Shown: positions 9,401 through 19,248, counted from the stretch's first letter. The stretch is 64,000 nt of DNA from Alphaproteobacteria bacterium (GCA_965216755.1 CBDCGL010000011.1:4320001-4384000); one strand, 5' to 3'. Notes: generated from the letters alone by a model not told the origin. Numbers and translations are program-made.

Positions 9401-11445
9401 GCATCGTCCTCAACAGCAACGGTGAACGTGCTGCTGTGGGAATCGCCGTCTGAATCCGTGATGGTGTAGGTGAAATTCAGGTCCAACACGTCATCATCGC
9501 CGGTGCGGACGACATCCGGGTGGTCCAGCGGTCCAAGCAGTTCAAATACATAGCTGGCGCCAGTGGGCGTCGGCGTAATTGTTATGACAAAGATTGTATT
9601 GCCACCGGCCGATCCGGTGATGATCGTGTTGCCGCTGCCGTCGGTGCCTTGGCTATAAGTGAGCGGAACGCCATTCGAGGTGAGCGTGGCGGGATCCGAC
9701 GGAATTGCTTGCACATTCGGATCGCCGTCGGTCACCGAGGTGAATTCGACAACGAGGGCGCCATCGGCGGCCGGGCCATCCATGCCGTAGGAGAAAAGCA
9801 ATGTGCCTGTCGCGCTATCCGGCACGAACTCTTGATCATTGCCCTTGCCGACAGAGTCCTCGGTTACGACCACCTTGCTGCCGTCGCCACCAGGCTGACC
9901 ACCTTCGTCGATCGTCGGCACACCATCGCGCACACAAACATGGAACGACGCCGAGGTCGAATCCATGTCGAAATCGGTGATCGTGACGCCGAACTCGAGA
10001 CCGACCACATCATCGTCGCCGCTTTCGCCGGCGCCCATGTGATCGATGCCGCGGATCAGATCGAAATCAAAATCGCCAGTCGTCGTGTCGATCTCCAAAC
10101 GCCAGACCGTGTTGCCGCTATCCGGGCCAAGGGACGGTTCAAAGCGTCCGGTGACGCCGACAACGATCAGCGTATCGCCGTCGAGAAAATAGTAATGGCT
10201 GATCGGTTCGCCATCGGATGTACCGGCAATCGTGCTGCCGTCGCCGCTGTCGTCGGTGTAGCGAATGCCGTCAATCGAGAACCAGTCGAGCTGGCCATCG
10301 GGCACGATGCGCATGCCGCCAGAACCCGGCACGATCGCCAAGTTATCGACAGACTCGGCGGTTCGATTCGGGCCATCGGAGCCGTGGTAGACGACGATGC
10401 GACCCGTGGCGCTGGCGCTATCGATCGTGCCACCGACATCGTCCGTGGCAATTGGCGGTGCCTCGTTCAGGCACACCATCGAGTTGTCGCCAACGAACAA
10501 GGCCGGGCCATCGTCGGAAACCGAAATGGTCACTGTGGCGGATCCGGTCGCGCCCGTCGAATCGGTGATATCCAAGACAAACACCAGATCTTGTAGATCG
10601 TCCGGATCGCTCGGGTCGCCGTGATCGAGGCCGTCGAGTAAATCAAACGTGACGTCGCCCGTCGGTGAAATCGACAATTCGAACACGGGCCGGCCACCGG
10701 CGCTGCCTTCGATCACCAACGTGCCGCTGTCGTCCCGTGTCGTGATGTCGATTGGATCGCCGCCCGAGGTGACGATGGTCGGGAATCCGGCAAAGCCGAT
10801 GCTGGTAATGGGGTTGCCTGTTGAGCTGATCAGCGCCCCCGACGTGCTCCCCAGCACGCTCGGTGTTGGGAAAGGATCGGTAAAGGGGTCGAAGCCGGCT
10901 CCAAGGTCGATCGATTCATCCGTGCCCAGGCCGAGCGTTGCGCGCGGGCCGTCCAGCGCCTCAACACCAATGCCGCCGTCCAGACCAAGATTTTCTTGGG
11001 CAACGCGGCCCTCGGGCTCCTGGAAGCCATCCTGGGGAATTTCACCGATGACACCGCGCGCGCGCAGATGGTCGGGGAACAGGTCGCCAATCGTCACTGT
11101 GCCGTCATTGCCGAGGCCGTCGTCTTCGTCGACATCGCCTGGCGGTTGTTCACCCGCCGCGGTCGCGATCAGATCGTCGAGCGTCGCAATTTGGGAATCC
11201 GCAAAGACCAGCCCGACATCGTCGGCATTTTCGAGCTGCGCATAGAAACCAGAGATCGTGACATCGAAATTGTCAACAGTGACGACGGTGTCGAAGTCGC
11301 CCTGATTCGTGATGGTGATACCGTCGGTGCCGATATCATCAAAGACTGCGCGTTCGCCCGGTCTTAACTGGATCCGGTCGACTGGTGGAACATCAAATGC
11401 CCGAACTTCGACGCCGGCAGCGTCAACGATACGAATCGTTGCCAT
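6463..11445 (-). CDS. Large type I-secreted RTX adhesin (T1SS-143/Ig-like repeats, vWA domain, RTX nonapeptides)
   Basis: Repeated 'L..PLDH...ITDxDGD' and 'F.Y...D.DG..A' modules; vWA VVDVSGSM...FVSDGEP; GGDGDDIINGGAGNDLLYGGKGND repeats; no Sec signal; TAAG near the N-terminus. Confidence 0.85.
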   Translation of the reverse strand: MATIRIVDAAGVEVRAFDVPPVDRIQLRPGERAVFDDIGTDGITITNQGDFDTVVTVDNFDVTISGFYAQLENADDVGLVFADSQIATLDDLIATAAGEQPPGDVDEDDGLGNDGTVTIGDLFPDHLRARGVIGEIPQDGFQEPEGRVAQENLGLDGGIGVEALDGPRATLGLGTDESIDLGAGFDPFTDPFPTPSVLGSTSGALISSTGNPITSIGFAGFPTIVTSGGDPIDITTRDDSGTLVIEGSAGGRPVFELSISPTGDVTFDLLDGLDHGDPSDPDDLQDLVFVLDITDSTGATGSATVTISVSDDGPALFVGDNSMVCLNEAPPIATDDVGGTIDSASATGRIVVYHGSDGPNRTAESVDNLAIVPGSGGMRIVPDGQLDWFSIDGIRYTDDSGDGSTIAGTSDGEPISHYYFLDGDTLIVVGVTGRFEPSLGPDSGNTVWRLEIDTTTGDFDFDLIRGIDHMGAGESGDDDVVGLEFGVTITDFDMDSTSASFHVCVRDGVPTIDEGGQPGGDGSKVVVTEDSVGKGNDQEFVPDSATGTLLFSYGMDGPAADGALVVEFTSVTDGDPNVQAIPSDPATLTSNGVPLTYSQGTDGSGNTIITGSAGGNTIFVITITPTPTGASYVFELLGPLDHPDVVRTGDDDVLDLNFTYTITDSDGDSHSSTFTVAVEDDAPRAKAEVIGLDEGLGNSVSGNVFDNDDPGGDNHIVVTMLSGRPVPEDGLRVDGKYGFVTIKPDGSYTYTLTVESVPPHGMEDFFYHIVDADGDTAKSVIWIHFHDTNQPVAEITHGIVEESALDSDDVVLGDDIGSDPAAITESTSGTLNFTSTDPAKVTEVNGVPVSDTGNTIIIGTHGTLTINGDGQYRYDLTDNGDHSGGPVADQFTYVVTDDDGSTASSTLRINITDDQPIAEDDSNAANEGIAKLVNLTMVVDVSGSMGDIIPGTGKSRLSAMKEALADLIDGYGDITAEVTVTFVVFASGGDLDFMGDTAGAFNTVTMNIADAGDFIDSLALGMNGLGLSTEYDDALVVTRGVVEGIVSATPSSDEVSNIVYFVSDGEPFPSNNTTPADWKTFVVTNGVRSIAVRIGPEVVPGDSPLNDVAYPDDIVVVEDGALTEGLLATIPTNEGSVVDGNVLANDVFGADGPAGGDAHVASLSFTDPSSGETLTFQYDPVTGTITNPDGTTTSGDTVTIVTPLDGVLSFNFETGGYTYAAPPVDGNQSEAFAYTIVDGDGSTASAELTLNITDLGTSSLNTPPVPESRTVWVPDNTAIRPTDPADPAALPGVLAAAGYALMVNPAADLEGDTLTYSIGDVPGAGDVFYHPTGASDGVFVALVGGEALDAAEFASLRYLPDNNGVADSGNLSYTVSDGVAGPVAASIEIKSVIEDAGSGISVAADNGTPNTIWGSALADELLGGDQGDIIFGGDDDDNIQAGEGDDTAHGGDGDDIINGGAGNDLLYGGKGNDTLYSGLDNDAGDKLYGGQGDDILVLQDLTPSADFKEIRDFAVADGGSGFDRLHVGNDFGANGIGKLYMGPEAEDNQVAKLHSIELIDMTDGDSHDRVSFDAASVNTLGASNNLAPMADDDGVLRDIDIFVAGNENDSISLWEDNPGEWSHVGTMSNPFGEGSVYRVYENGDALIAVEEDLSRDFPTY

Positions 11446-12333
11446 CTTGTTTCCCGTTTTCTTGCGGCTACGCGGATCATTGCCGTCTTAGCCTTATGGA
11501 TGCCGTCTTTTCGTTATTTGACCCGGTTATATCACTTTCGAATCCTCTGTCATGGTCTGTTCGAACCATATCGAATTTCAAGGCATTGACTGTGTGATTT
11601 TGCTCACCCTAAACGTTTCTACTGCATGACGTTTTTAGCGTTGCATCCGGATGCTTGACAGTTTTCGCAAACTAACCGTACACACGATTGCGAGACTTCA
11701 AGCAAACGCCGCCGCGAGAGCGGTGCGTGGTAGCCCTCAAAACACCACTCAAATATGAGGACAATTATGGCACATAGTTGTTGCTTGGTGGCACCAGAGT
11801 GTATGAGAATAAGCCGCATTTGCAATTCCCGGGGGCTTTTGTAGCCGCATTCTCGTGTCGGTGGAATTGTTTCAGCCGCGCCAGGACGCAAGAAGCTGAA
11901 TGGAACTTGGACTCAACCGACGACAAGGCTTTTCGCGCGCGCCGTGCCGGGCTTTTCGTTTCTGGATATCGTCAACAAAGTTTCGGTATTTGTCATTTAA
12001 TTTCAATAAATTAACGTCAAATCCGCAGAGGCCGAGCGGCACTTTCGTCGACGCTGTTGCTTCGTTTTTGTGGAATCCTAGTGCGTTTGAGCCATGACGT
12101 CTCGCAACCGGTTTGTGTATCTTCCGTGGCAAGAAAGTCACACGGTCGAAACACCGCGCGTGTATATTGCCAGCGCTTGCTGGATTTCAGCGTCCCAACG
12201 CGCGCACGACCGCGCTGTCAAAAAATTGCGCCGTGCGCATGTGGCCGGAGTTGGAAATGGTTGGGGATTTCTAGGGCGCGATTTTGATGGAACCACCGAG
12301 AATGTCGTTGCACAAGAGAGGATTTGAGCAAGC

Positions 12334-13791
12334 ATGACCCGCAAAGTTGAAGCCTGGGCTGACATATTGTTGTACAAGCCCGGCTTGGCCGACAAACGGG
12401 CCGTTGCCGAAATTGAAAAATCGCGTGACGTGCAATGGCTCAAAGAGCGCGGCGCGTCGGTGACGGTGTGCACAAATGCGGCTGCTATGCGTCAGCGACT
12501 GTCCACCCACGCGCCGACCTTGGTGCTGTTGGATTTCGCGGCCGGCGAAGAGTCCATCGATTCAGTTGAAATCGAGAGTCTGCACCACATTCGTCCGAGC
12601 TTGCGCTTTGTTGCGCTCGTCAACGGGGATCTCGTTGGGTCGCCAATATTTGCCGACTTGGTGCGCAAGCGCCTTCTCTACGACTATCAAACATTGCCCT
12701 TAGATCGCGACCGCCTGCTGTTCGTCGTCGGTCACGTGCGCGGTTTGGTGGAAGTTGAGCGCCAGCATCGAGCGGCGCGGCCAATTGGCACCGAGAACGC
12801 GGAATCCGAGCCCTTCATGGTCGGATCGCATCCGGCAATGTTGCGTGTCTTCTCAACGATTCGGAAAGTGGCGCGAACCGACACGCCTGTTTTGGTCACT
12901 GGTGAGAGTGGCACCGGCAAAGAACTGGTTGCCAACGCAGTGCATGAACGTTCGCCGTTTCGCGAGGGCCCATTTGTTGCCATCAATTGCGCGGCCATCC
13001 CGTCGACGCTGATTGCGTCGGAGCTGTTTGGTCACGAAAAGGGTGCCTTCACAGACGCGCGCGAGCGCAAGTTGGGCAAGATTGAATCGGCTTCGAACGG
13101 CACTTTGTTCCTGGACGAAATCGGCGATTTGCCGCTTGAGCTTCAAGGGCATCTGCTTCGTTTCTTGCAAGAGAAAACCATCGAACGGGTTGGTGGCACG
13201 CGCACGATTCAAGTGACGACTCGGGTCATCGCGGCGACCAACGTAGACTTGTGGGAAGCGGTCGAAGCCGGAAAATTCCGTAAGGATTTGTTTTATAGGC
13301 TGAATGTCTTGCCGATTCACTTGCCGCCGTTGCGAGAGCGCGGCAATGATATCGAGCTTGTCGCGCGTTATTTTCTACAGCGGTTTAGTTCCGAGCTTGA
13401 GCGGCCCGACCTGGAGTTTAAGTCGAGCGCGATCGCGGCAATCCGAAATTATGGCTGGCCGGGCAATGTGCGTGAGCTGATCAGCGTCATCCGCCGGGCG
13501 GTGGTCATGGCGGAATCACGTTGCATCGACGCATCGGATCTGGATCTTCCCGTTTCGGTCGATGACGGTGGTCGGTTGCCGACCATCGAAGAGGCACGGT
13601 ATCAGGCGGAACAAGAGGCGATCCAAAGGGCGCTGCACAAACATAACGACAATATCAATCGTGCAGCAAAGGAGCTTTGTGTCTCGCGCGTGACGCTGTA
13701 TCGACTGATCGAGAAACATGCCATCGTCTACACGCCGCGCGGTCGCAAGCGCGTCGCGGATTGGACGCCGGACATTGAATATATTAACTAA
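12334..13791 (+). CDS. Sigma54-dependent enhancer-binding protein, VpsR-like
   Basis: GESGTGKE, ELFGHEKGAFTDA, LFLDEIG, FRKDLFYRL, WPGNVREL, Fis-type HTH; atypical receiver-like N-terminus (LYDYQTLP). Confidence 0.9.
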   Translation: MTRKVEAWADILLYKPGLADKRAVAEIEKSRDVQWLKERGASVTVCTNAAAMRQRLSTHAPTLVLLDFAAGEESIDSVEIESLHHIRPSLRFVALVNGDLVGSPIFADLVRKRLLYDYQTLPLDRDRLLFVVGHVRGLVEVERQHRAARPIGTENAESEPFMVGSHPAMLRVFSTIRKVARTDTPVLVTGESGTGKELVANAVHERSPFREGPFVAINCAAIPSTLIASELFGHEKGAFTDARERKLGKIESASNGTLFLDEIGDLPLELQGHLLRFLQEKTIERVGGTRTIQVTTRVIAATNVDLWEAVEAGKFRKDLFYRLNVLPIHLPPLRERGNDIELVARYFLQRFSSELERPDLEFKSSAIAAIRNYGWPGNVRELISVIRRAVVMAESRCIDASDLDLPVSVDDGGRLPTIEEARYQAEQEAIQRALHKHNDNINRAAKELCVSRVTLYRLIEKHAIVYTPRGRKRVADWTPDIEYIN

Positions 13792-13873
13792 ATTTGCAGA
13801 CAGGGCGGGGTATAACACATAAACTGCGGCACATCGCGGCGTAAGGGACGCGCCGCCAAAAATAGGTGGGAAG

Positions 13874-15142
13874 ATGGGACGAAGGACTGCGGGAACGGTA
13901 GCCGTCTTTGCGGGTATCGTTGGGGTGACGTTACCACTGGGTGCTTTTGAATCCGCCTGGGGGGCAGAGGCGCCGGATACCGCGCTCCAAGCCGAGATTG
14001 AGATTCTTCGGGGCGAGATTCAGCGCCAGCAGAATTCCTTGGATGCCCAACAAGAACAACTTCGGCGTCTCGAGCAGCGTTTGTTTGAGCGGATCGGGGG
14101 TGCCGGCGGTCAGATCGTCGACCCTGGCTTGTTGGAAGATGTTCGTGGTGCCGGCACTGGCGCCGGAGGTGGGCAAGCCAATGGCGGCGTGTCGGATCCG
14201 GTCGGTGAGGCGGCACCCGAGACACGGCCTGAAGTGAGCGTATTGTCCGATGTCGGCGGTGTTTTGACCCCGCGCGGTCGGTTGGTGGTCGATCCTTCTT
14301 TTGAGTTCAGTCACACGGCGGTCAACAAGTTCTTCTTCAGCGGTGTCCAGATCGTCGATGCGGTGTTGATTGGCGCGATTGAGGCGACCGATGCCCGTCG
14401 CGATAGTTTCACGCCGTCGATCGGAGCACGCTACGGCGTCACCAATCGTATTGAGGTGGATGCGCGCGTTCCTTATTCGATTCGCGATGACGTGGAGAGT
14501 GATCCGTTGGATGCGTCATCGCCGCTGTCGCGCGAGCTAAGTGCGAACGATCTGGGCGATGTCGAATTCGGCGCGCACTATCAGATCAATGACGGAACCG
14601 CCGGGTGGCCCTATTTCATCGGCAATTTGCGTTTCAAGACAACAACGGGAACCGGACCGTTCGACGTCGCGTTCGACTCTCAAGGTCGTCAGCGGGAACT
14701 TCCGACTGGATCTGGCTTTTACACGCTCGAACCCAGTGTCACGGTGCTCTATCCGACCGATCCGGTGGTCCTGTTCGGGAATATCGGTTATGCAGTCAAC
14801 TTGCCGGACGACGTCGACAAGACAATTGGGTCACAGTTTTTCGGCAAGGTCGACCCGGGCGACAATTTGCGCACCAGCTTTGGCATCGGTTTCGGCATCA
14901 ACCAACAGGTATCGATGAGTCTGGGGTATGAACACAGTTATGTGTTCGAGACCGACTCGGAGATTGATGGCGTTACGGTGAAGTCTGATCCAGCGCAAGT
15001 GGGATCTTTCCTGTTTGGTTTGTCGTTGGCGGTGACCGACAGGATCTCGACCAACTTGAACGTGGCTGTTGGGGCGACGGAAGACGCACCAGATGTCCGC
15101 ATTGGTATCAGTACGCCGATATCGATCGATCTTTTCAACTAA
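13874..15142 (+). CDS. FapF-like outer-membrane amyloid secretion channel
   Basis: Signal peptide, N-terminal coiled coil, GVLTPRGRLVVDPSFEF, LPTGSGFY, PTDPVVLFG, beta-barrel C-terminus; adjacent to a C39 peptidase operon. Confidence 0.8.
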   Translation: MGRRTAGTVAVFAGIVGVTLPLGAFESAWGAEAPDTALQAEIEILRGEIQRQQNSLDAQQEQLRRLEQRLFERIGGAGGQIVDPGLLEDVRGAGTGAGGGQANGGVSDPVGEAAPETRPEVSVLSDVGGVLTPRGRLVVDPSFEFSHTAVNKFFFSGVQIVDAVLIGAIEATDARRDSFTPSIGARYGVTNRIEVDARVPYSIRDDVESDPLDASSPLSRELSANDLGDVEFGAHYQINDGTAGWPYFIGNLRFKTTTGTGPFDVAFDSQGRQRELPTGSGFYTLEPSVTVLYPTDPVVLFGNIGYAVNLPDDVDKTIGSQFFGKVDPGDNLRTSFGIGFGINQQVSMSLGYEHSYVFETDSEIDGVTVKSDPAQVGSFLFGLSLAVTDRISTNLNVAVGATEDAPDVRIGISTPISIDLFN

Positions 15143-15348
15143 ACACCAGGGTCGATGGTAGGCCGCTTTTGGCCGGCGTGAAAAGCTGAGTAGTTTCAGG
15201 TAATCGGGTAGAACGAGCACTTGTCCGGGACAGCGGTCAGGTGCTCGGTCTTTTCAGCCTCAGTAAGAACGCCCGCGGACGGATGGCGGTGGTCTGTTCG
15301 ACAGGTAGAGAAATTCCGCACGGTTCCGTGACACGACGCCAGATGACT

Positions 15349-15705
15349 TAGAGCACTTTCCGACCATATTGAGTCAATTCTGTTTCCGGTCCGGCGCGGC
15401 GGTCCACGCGAAGGGCGGCGCAGCGCGATGCTCGTGTCCCGAAACCGAAGTTCGTCACGTCTGACCCCAGGCACCTTACGAACTGCGGTTTCGTCAGGAC
15501 ACGAGTCGAATATTTGGATCTCGCGCGGTTCACGGATCGGACGTTCGCTCTGGGGCTCGATGCGAGATCAAGCGAACGTCCGATCCACCGCACGAGCGCA
15601 TCGGGCAAGTCCGCCGACCAATGTGGTCGTCCACATGGATTCCCATCGGGGGACGCCCGCCGGTCGGAAACAGAATTGATTCGATATGGTCGGAAAGTGA
15701 TCTAG
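15349..15705. mobile_element. MITE-like element with ~48-bp terminal inverted repeats and nested hairpins
   Basis: TAGAGCACTTTCCGACCATATTGAGTCAATTCTGTTTCCG at 15349 matches the reverse complement of 15658-15705; inner hairpins at 15431-15505 and 15534-15586. Confidence 0.7.
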
Positions 15706-15812
15706 CGGCCGCGTTTGCAACGTGCACGAACCGATCTTTTGAAAGTACGTTGGATCGAATCCAACCGCGCCGGTTGGCCCTTTGACTTCGGGACAGTTGT
15801 GCGTGGGGGCGC

Positions 15813-15848
15813 AAAAAAAGGGCCGGTGGATCCAGGGTACCACCGGCC
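15813..15848 (-). terminator. Intrinsic terminator of the minus-strand fap-like operon
   Basis: GGCCGGTGG/CCACCGGCC stem followed by T7 on the minus strand. Confidence 0.7.
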
Positions 15849-15989
15849 AAAAACTTGGTTCTTAAGACATCGACGCCGTATGGCTCCACCAAATGGGCGG
15901 CCGATGTTGAGGTCGACGGCTACGTTAGGTCCCCCCGGTCCTAGGCGTTAACGAACGCGTGATCCGCCGACCACTCTCGTGTCGCGGCC

Positions 15990-16628
15990 TTAGAATTGCC
16001 CGACATTGATTTGATTTGTGATCTTCCGGGCCTTGATGGCCGGCAAAGCGTTCATGATGTAGCTGGTTAGGCTACGAACATGAATATTCACTTCGGTTGA
16101 AGATTCAAAAATCTGCCGATCGGCCGTGTTGTTGATCATGGCCAATACTTGGCCATTATTGTTCACCTGATGAACAATCTGTGTTGAAGACGGATCGCCG
16201 AGTGCCACACTGTAGCCACCGCCGTTCGACTGCTGTACAGCCGCCGCAGCGGTTGTTGCCGTTTGCTCGCCGCCGGTATCCACGTCGGCCAATCCGGCAT
16301 TCGACGGATTGACTTGCGTGGTCGCCGGCAGCCATTGCCCGGCGTCATTCATCGTCAGTTGGGTCACCAGTTCCATGGCGCCGTTAACCGTCGATCGAAC
16401 CGTCAACCCGAAGTCGAACACGACGCCACCGATCACCATGCCGCCACGCATTTGGTCAAGGTCATCGTTGTCGACCGGTGCAAACGCCGAGAAGACATCG
16501 GCAGAATGCGCGCGCGCATCCACCTTGTCGCTGCCCAAGGACACGATTGCCCCAAACGCCGCTGCCCCGATAATCAAGCCACCCAGCGCCAATGTCGTTT
16601 TGTTGTTGTTCTTTAGTATCGACTGCAT
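15990..16628 (-). CDS. FapE-like secreted accessory protein
   Basis: Signal peptide, PVDNDDLDQMRGG motif, 'FGLTVRSTVNG', Asn/Gln-rich; downstream of the C39 peptidase. Confidence 0.7.
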   Translation of the reverse strand: MQSILKNNNKTTLALGGLIIGAAAFGAIVSLGSDKVDARAHSADVFSAFAPVDNDDLDQMRGGMVIGGVVFDFGLTVRSTVNGAMELVTQLTMNDAGQWLPATTQVNPSNAGLADVDTGGEQTATTAAAAVQQSNGGGYSVALGDPSSTQIVHQVNNNGQVLAMINNTADRQIFESSTEVNIHVRSLTSYIMNALPAIKARKITNQINVGQF

Positions 16629-16643
16629 TACGTCCCAATCCCT

Positions 16644-17345
16644 CTAGAATTCAGCAAGACCCGGCAAGTTCATCGTGAACGATGCCAAGCCTTGTCGAAC
16701 CATCGCCGTCTGCACAGGGGCTCGCACCCTGACATTCCAATCGTCATCCTGGTTGAATGTCGCGTTCGCGACTTCGACATTGTCCCGGATCACGAAAACG
16801 ATCCCATTCCAGATCTGTTCAAATTCATCCCGCCGTACGACCATGACGCCACGGGCCGGATCCCCAAGTACGACCTCATCGCCGCGAATACCTTTGACGA
16901 CGACAAAATGCTTGTAGCCGTTGGTATCGATCAATGTGATCGCCGGCACCCCCACTTCCGCGAGTTGGTCTAGCGAAATCTTGAAACCGTCGCCGGTCCA
17001 GCCAACCGATTCCAAGAACCGCTTCATATCCAGCAACGAAAACCCGTAGCGGTGAATGGATTCCTTGTCGCCGACTATGTACATGGCCTCGAAAAGTTCG
17101 GCTTCGGTGATCTCTTGTTTGTAGTGATACGTCAGCAAACTCGCCAATGCGGCCGAGCCACACGAGAAGTCATACTGCTGCGCAAGGATGGTCTTAAAAC
17201 GCCCTTCTTTAAGACTGATAATGGGGACGCTGTAGCGCATGCCATGAAACCCTGGCGTCGAAATAAAAACTTCGCCCGCCATGGTCGGGGTGAACGCCGC
17301 AACGCTGGTCAAAATAACACTGACCAAAAAAGAACGTATGCGCAT
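16644..17345 (-). CDS. FapD-like stand-alone C39 peptidase
   Basis: QQYDFSCGSAALA (catalytic Cys), GFSLLDMK, YKHFVV, LGDPARG; signal peptide; no ABC domains. Confidence 0.9.
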   Translation of the reverse strand: MRIRSFLVSVILTSVAAFTPTMAGEVFISTPGFHGMRYSVPIISLKEGRFKTILAQQYDFSCGSAALASLLTYHYKQEITEAELFEAMYIVGDKESIHRYGFSLLDMKRFLESVGWTGDGFKISLDQLAEVGVPAITLIDTNGYKHFVVVKGIRGDEVVLGDPARGVMVVRRDEFEQIWNGIVFVIRDNVEVANATFNQDDDWNVRVRAPVQTAMVRQGLASFTMNLPGLAEF

Positions 17346-17406
17346 TTGCTCTCCCTTTGATTCCCGTGAAGCCGCTTTGGTTTGAACAGGTCTGAACTTG
17401 CCTGCG

Positions 17407-17805
17407 TTACTTCACGTCCAATCCATCGAGATAAACGTTCACGATGGTCGAATAGTTGAAGTTGTTCATATCGCCCGTGTTGTTGACGACCGTCGTGATG
17501 CCGTGGGTATCAGTGACCACGTTGTTACGGATTTGCCCGGAGGTCTTCGTGGAGCCGTTATCCAGGCTAATTGTGTTGTCTTTGATCGTCGCGTCCGAAT
17601 CCACCTGCGACGTTGTGAGGACGCTGTTAGCCACGCCGATAGCGACACTGCTGAGGGCAGCGCTATCCACGGGCTGCAAACTATTCAGTCCTTCCGATTG
17701 GGCGGTCGCCGTTGTGCTCATCGCTGCGACGACACCAACGGCGATCACGCCTGCCAAAACTCGGCTCTTGCCGGCCGCCTTACGTTTCTTATGGAGCATT
17801 TTCAT
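17407..17805 (-). CDS. Minor Fap-like secreted subunit (FapB-like)
   Basis: Signal peptide; C-terminal repeat GITTVVNNTGDMNNFNYSTIVNV. Confidence 0.65.
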   Translation of the reverse strand: MKMLHKKRKAAGKSRVLAGVIAVGVVAAMSTTATAQSEGLNSLQPVDSAALSSVAIGVANSVLTTSQVDSDATIKDNTISLDNGSTKTSGQIRNNVVTDTHGITTVVNNTGDMNNFNYSTIVNVYLDGLDVK

Positions 17806-17840
17806 TTTTTGCGTTCCCTGGGATGTTTTCTGCTCAGATC

Positions 17841-17875
17841 GTTCCGGCGGCAGGGAGAATTTCCTGCCCCGGAAC
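17841..17875 (-). promoter_or_regulatory. Intercistronic stem-loop after the major subunit gene
   Basis: GTTCCGG-C-GGCAGGGA GAAT TTCCTGCC-CCGGAAC. Confidence 0.55.
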
Positions 17876-17886
17876 AGTGATGCCTC

Positions 17887-19080
17887 TTAGTTCCTGATCG
17901 ATCCGCCACCATTGACGCTGCCAACAATGGCGTTGACGCTCATCGCGACGTTTTGGTTTTGGGCGAAACCGGTGTTTTGCATAATCGGATTTACGCCGGA
18001 CAGTCCGGTGATCCCCTCCAACAGACTTCCTGTCTTGAACTTGAATGCCAGGCTGGTTGTTTGACGGCCACCGCCAATAGCTGCCGCGGTCGTGTTCTCG
18101 GCATCCGCCGCGATTCCATTTGCAGCGGTCGCGGCATTCGACACTGGTCCGGATTCGGCCTTGGCTGTGGCGTCTCCAGACTTTGCGTTGCTACCGGCGC
18201 CGGCCGTTGCGGACGTTTCGCCGACCGCGCCGCCGCCGCCTGTGGCGCCGCCGCCTTCGCCGGATGTCCCGGCCGCGTCGCCATCCTTGTCGCCCAAGCT
18301 GGTCGCGTTTGTTGCCTTGCCGCCGCCGATGGCGATGCCATCCGCGAAGTTTGCGGCGCGTCCGCCAGCGGCCCGGCTGTTGCCGCCTTGATTGCGCGCA
18401 TCGCCGCCCTCATTGCCGCCAGCCAATGCGGCTGCCCTCGCTGCCGAATCCGAGCCCGAGAAATTCGCATTTCCGCTGGTTGAATCACCGTCCGCGCTGG
18501 CCGCAGCGACGCCGATTCCGATCGCTGCCACTTCGCCCGCCGCAATCGCGGCGCCCGCTCCACCAGTGGCGGCACCATTGGCTTCAAGATTGAACATCTG
18601 AACTTTCGCGATCGCCGAACGGAGCTGCGAATGGCTCAACTGGGCCACATTGTTGTAGATGCTGCGGTCGTAGGCGACGGCGTTGCCCGAATTCCACATT
18701 ACGTGCCACAGTGCGCTGTTGTTGCTGTCGACGGTGGTCGTGTTGCTATAGGTCAGCTTCTCGGCATCGACATCCAAAGCGTCGATGTCCACTTTGCCGT
18801 TTTTGTTGTCGATGACGTCGTTGTCAGCTGTCGCGCCACCGCTGGCGTTGCCCGCGCCCAAATTGTTGTCAGCGGCCGCCAGATCGACATCCAACACGTC
18901 ATTGTCTGCAATACTGCTGTTGTTCGCGTTCCCCGCTGCCACGCCCGCGATGCCCACATTCGCTTGGCTTTCTGCCACACCAAGGCCGCCACCTGCGCCA
19001 CCCCCGGCGTACGCCGTGCCGGCCAAGGCCATGCCAACGGCGACTACCGATGCTGTAGCCAAATGGGAGTTCATCTTCAT
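17887..19080 (-). CDS. Major Gly/Ala/Asn-rich secreted subunit (FapC-like putative amyloid)
   Basis: GGAGGAG RBS, signal peptide ending AYA, low-complexity core, C-terminal GLSGVNPIMQNTGFAQNQNVAMSVNA repeat. Confidence 0.7.
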   Translation of the reverse strand: MKMNSHLATASVVAVGMALAGTAYAGGGAGGGLGVAESQANVGIAGVAAGNANNSSIADNDVLDVDLAAADNNLGAGNASGGATADNDVIDNKNGKVDIDALDVDAEKLTYSNTTTVDSNNSALWHVMWNSGNAVAYDRSIYNNVAQLSHSQLRSAIAKVQMFNLEANGAATGGAGAAIAAGEVAAIGIGVAAASADGDSTSGNANFSGSDSAARAAALAGGNEGGDARNQGGNSRAAGGRAANFADGIAIGGGKATNATSLGDKDGDAAGTSGEGGGATGGGGAVGETSATAGAGSNAKSGDATAKAESGPVSNAATAANGIAADAENTTAAAIGGGRQTTSLAFKFKTGSLLEGITGLSGVNPIMQNTGFAQNQNVAMSVNAIVGSVNGGGSIRN

Positions 19081-19248
19081 CGACATCTCCTCCAGCGTCC
19101 CCTTAACGATCCATTCCCGACAATCCGGCGTGCGACGCAATGTCCAACCCGCGGTTGAATTGCCGTCGCATCCCTTCGTTGGCCCACGTCGCAATTCACG
19201 TCGTGTGGCTCACCGGGTTGCCGGCGAGCCGCCGTCCGAGGGCTATAT

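Noticed and set aside
6382-10596. Long + strand ORFs (333 aa, 358 aa)
   Set aside because: Antisense shadows of the adhesin gene
11768-11785. TGGCACATAGTTGTTGC as a sigma54 promoter
   Set aside because: GG-to-GC spacing is not 10 nt
16644-17345. C39 peptidase as a bacteriocin/RiPP exporter
   Set aside because: No ABC or transmembrane domains; it has a signal peptide and a FapF-like neighbour
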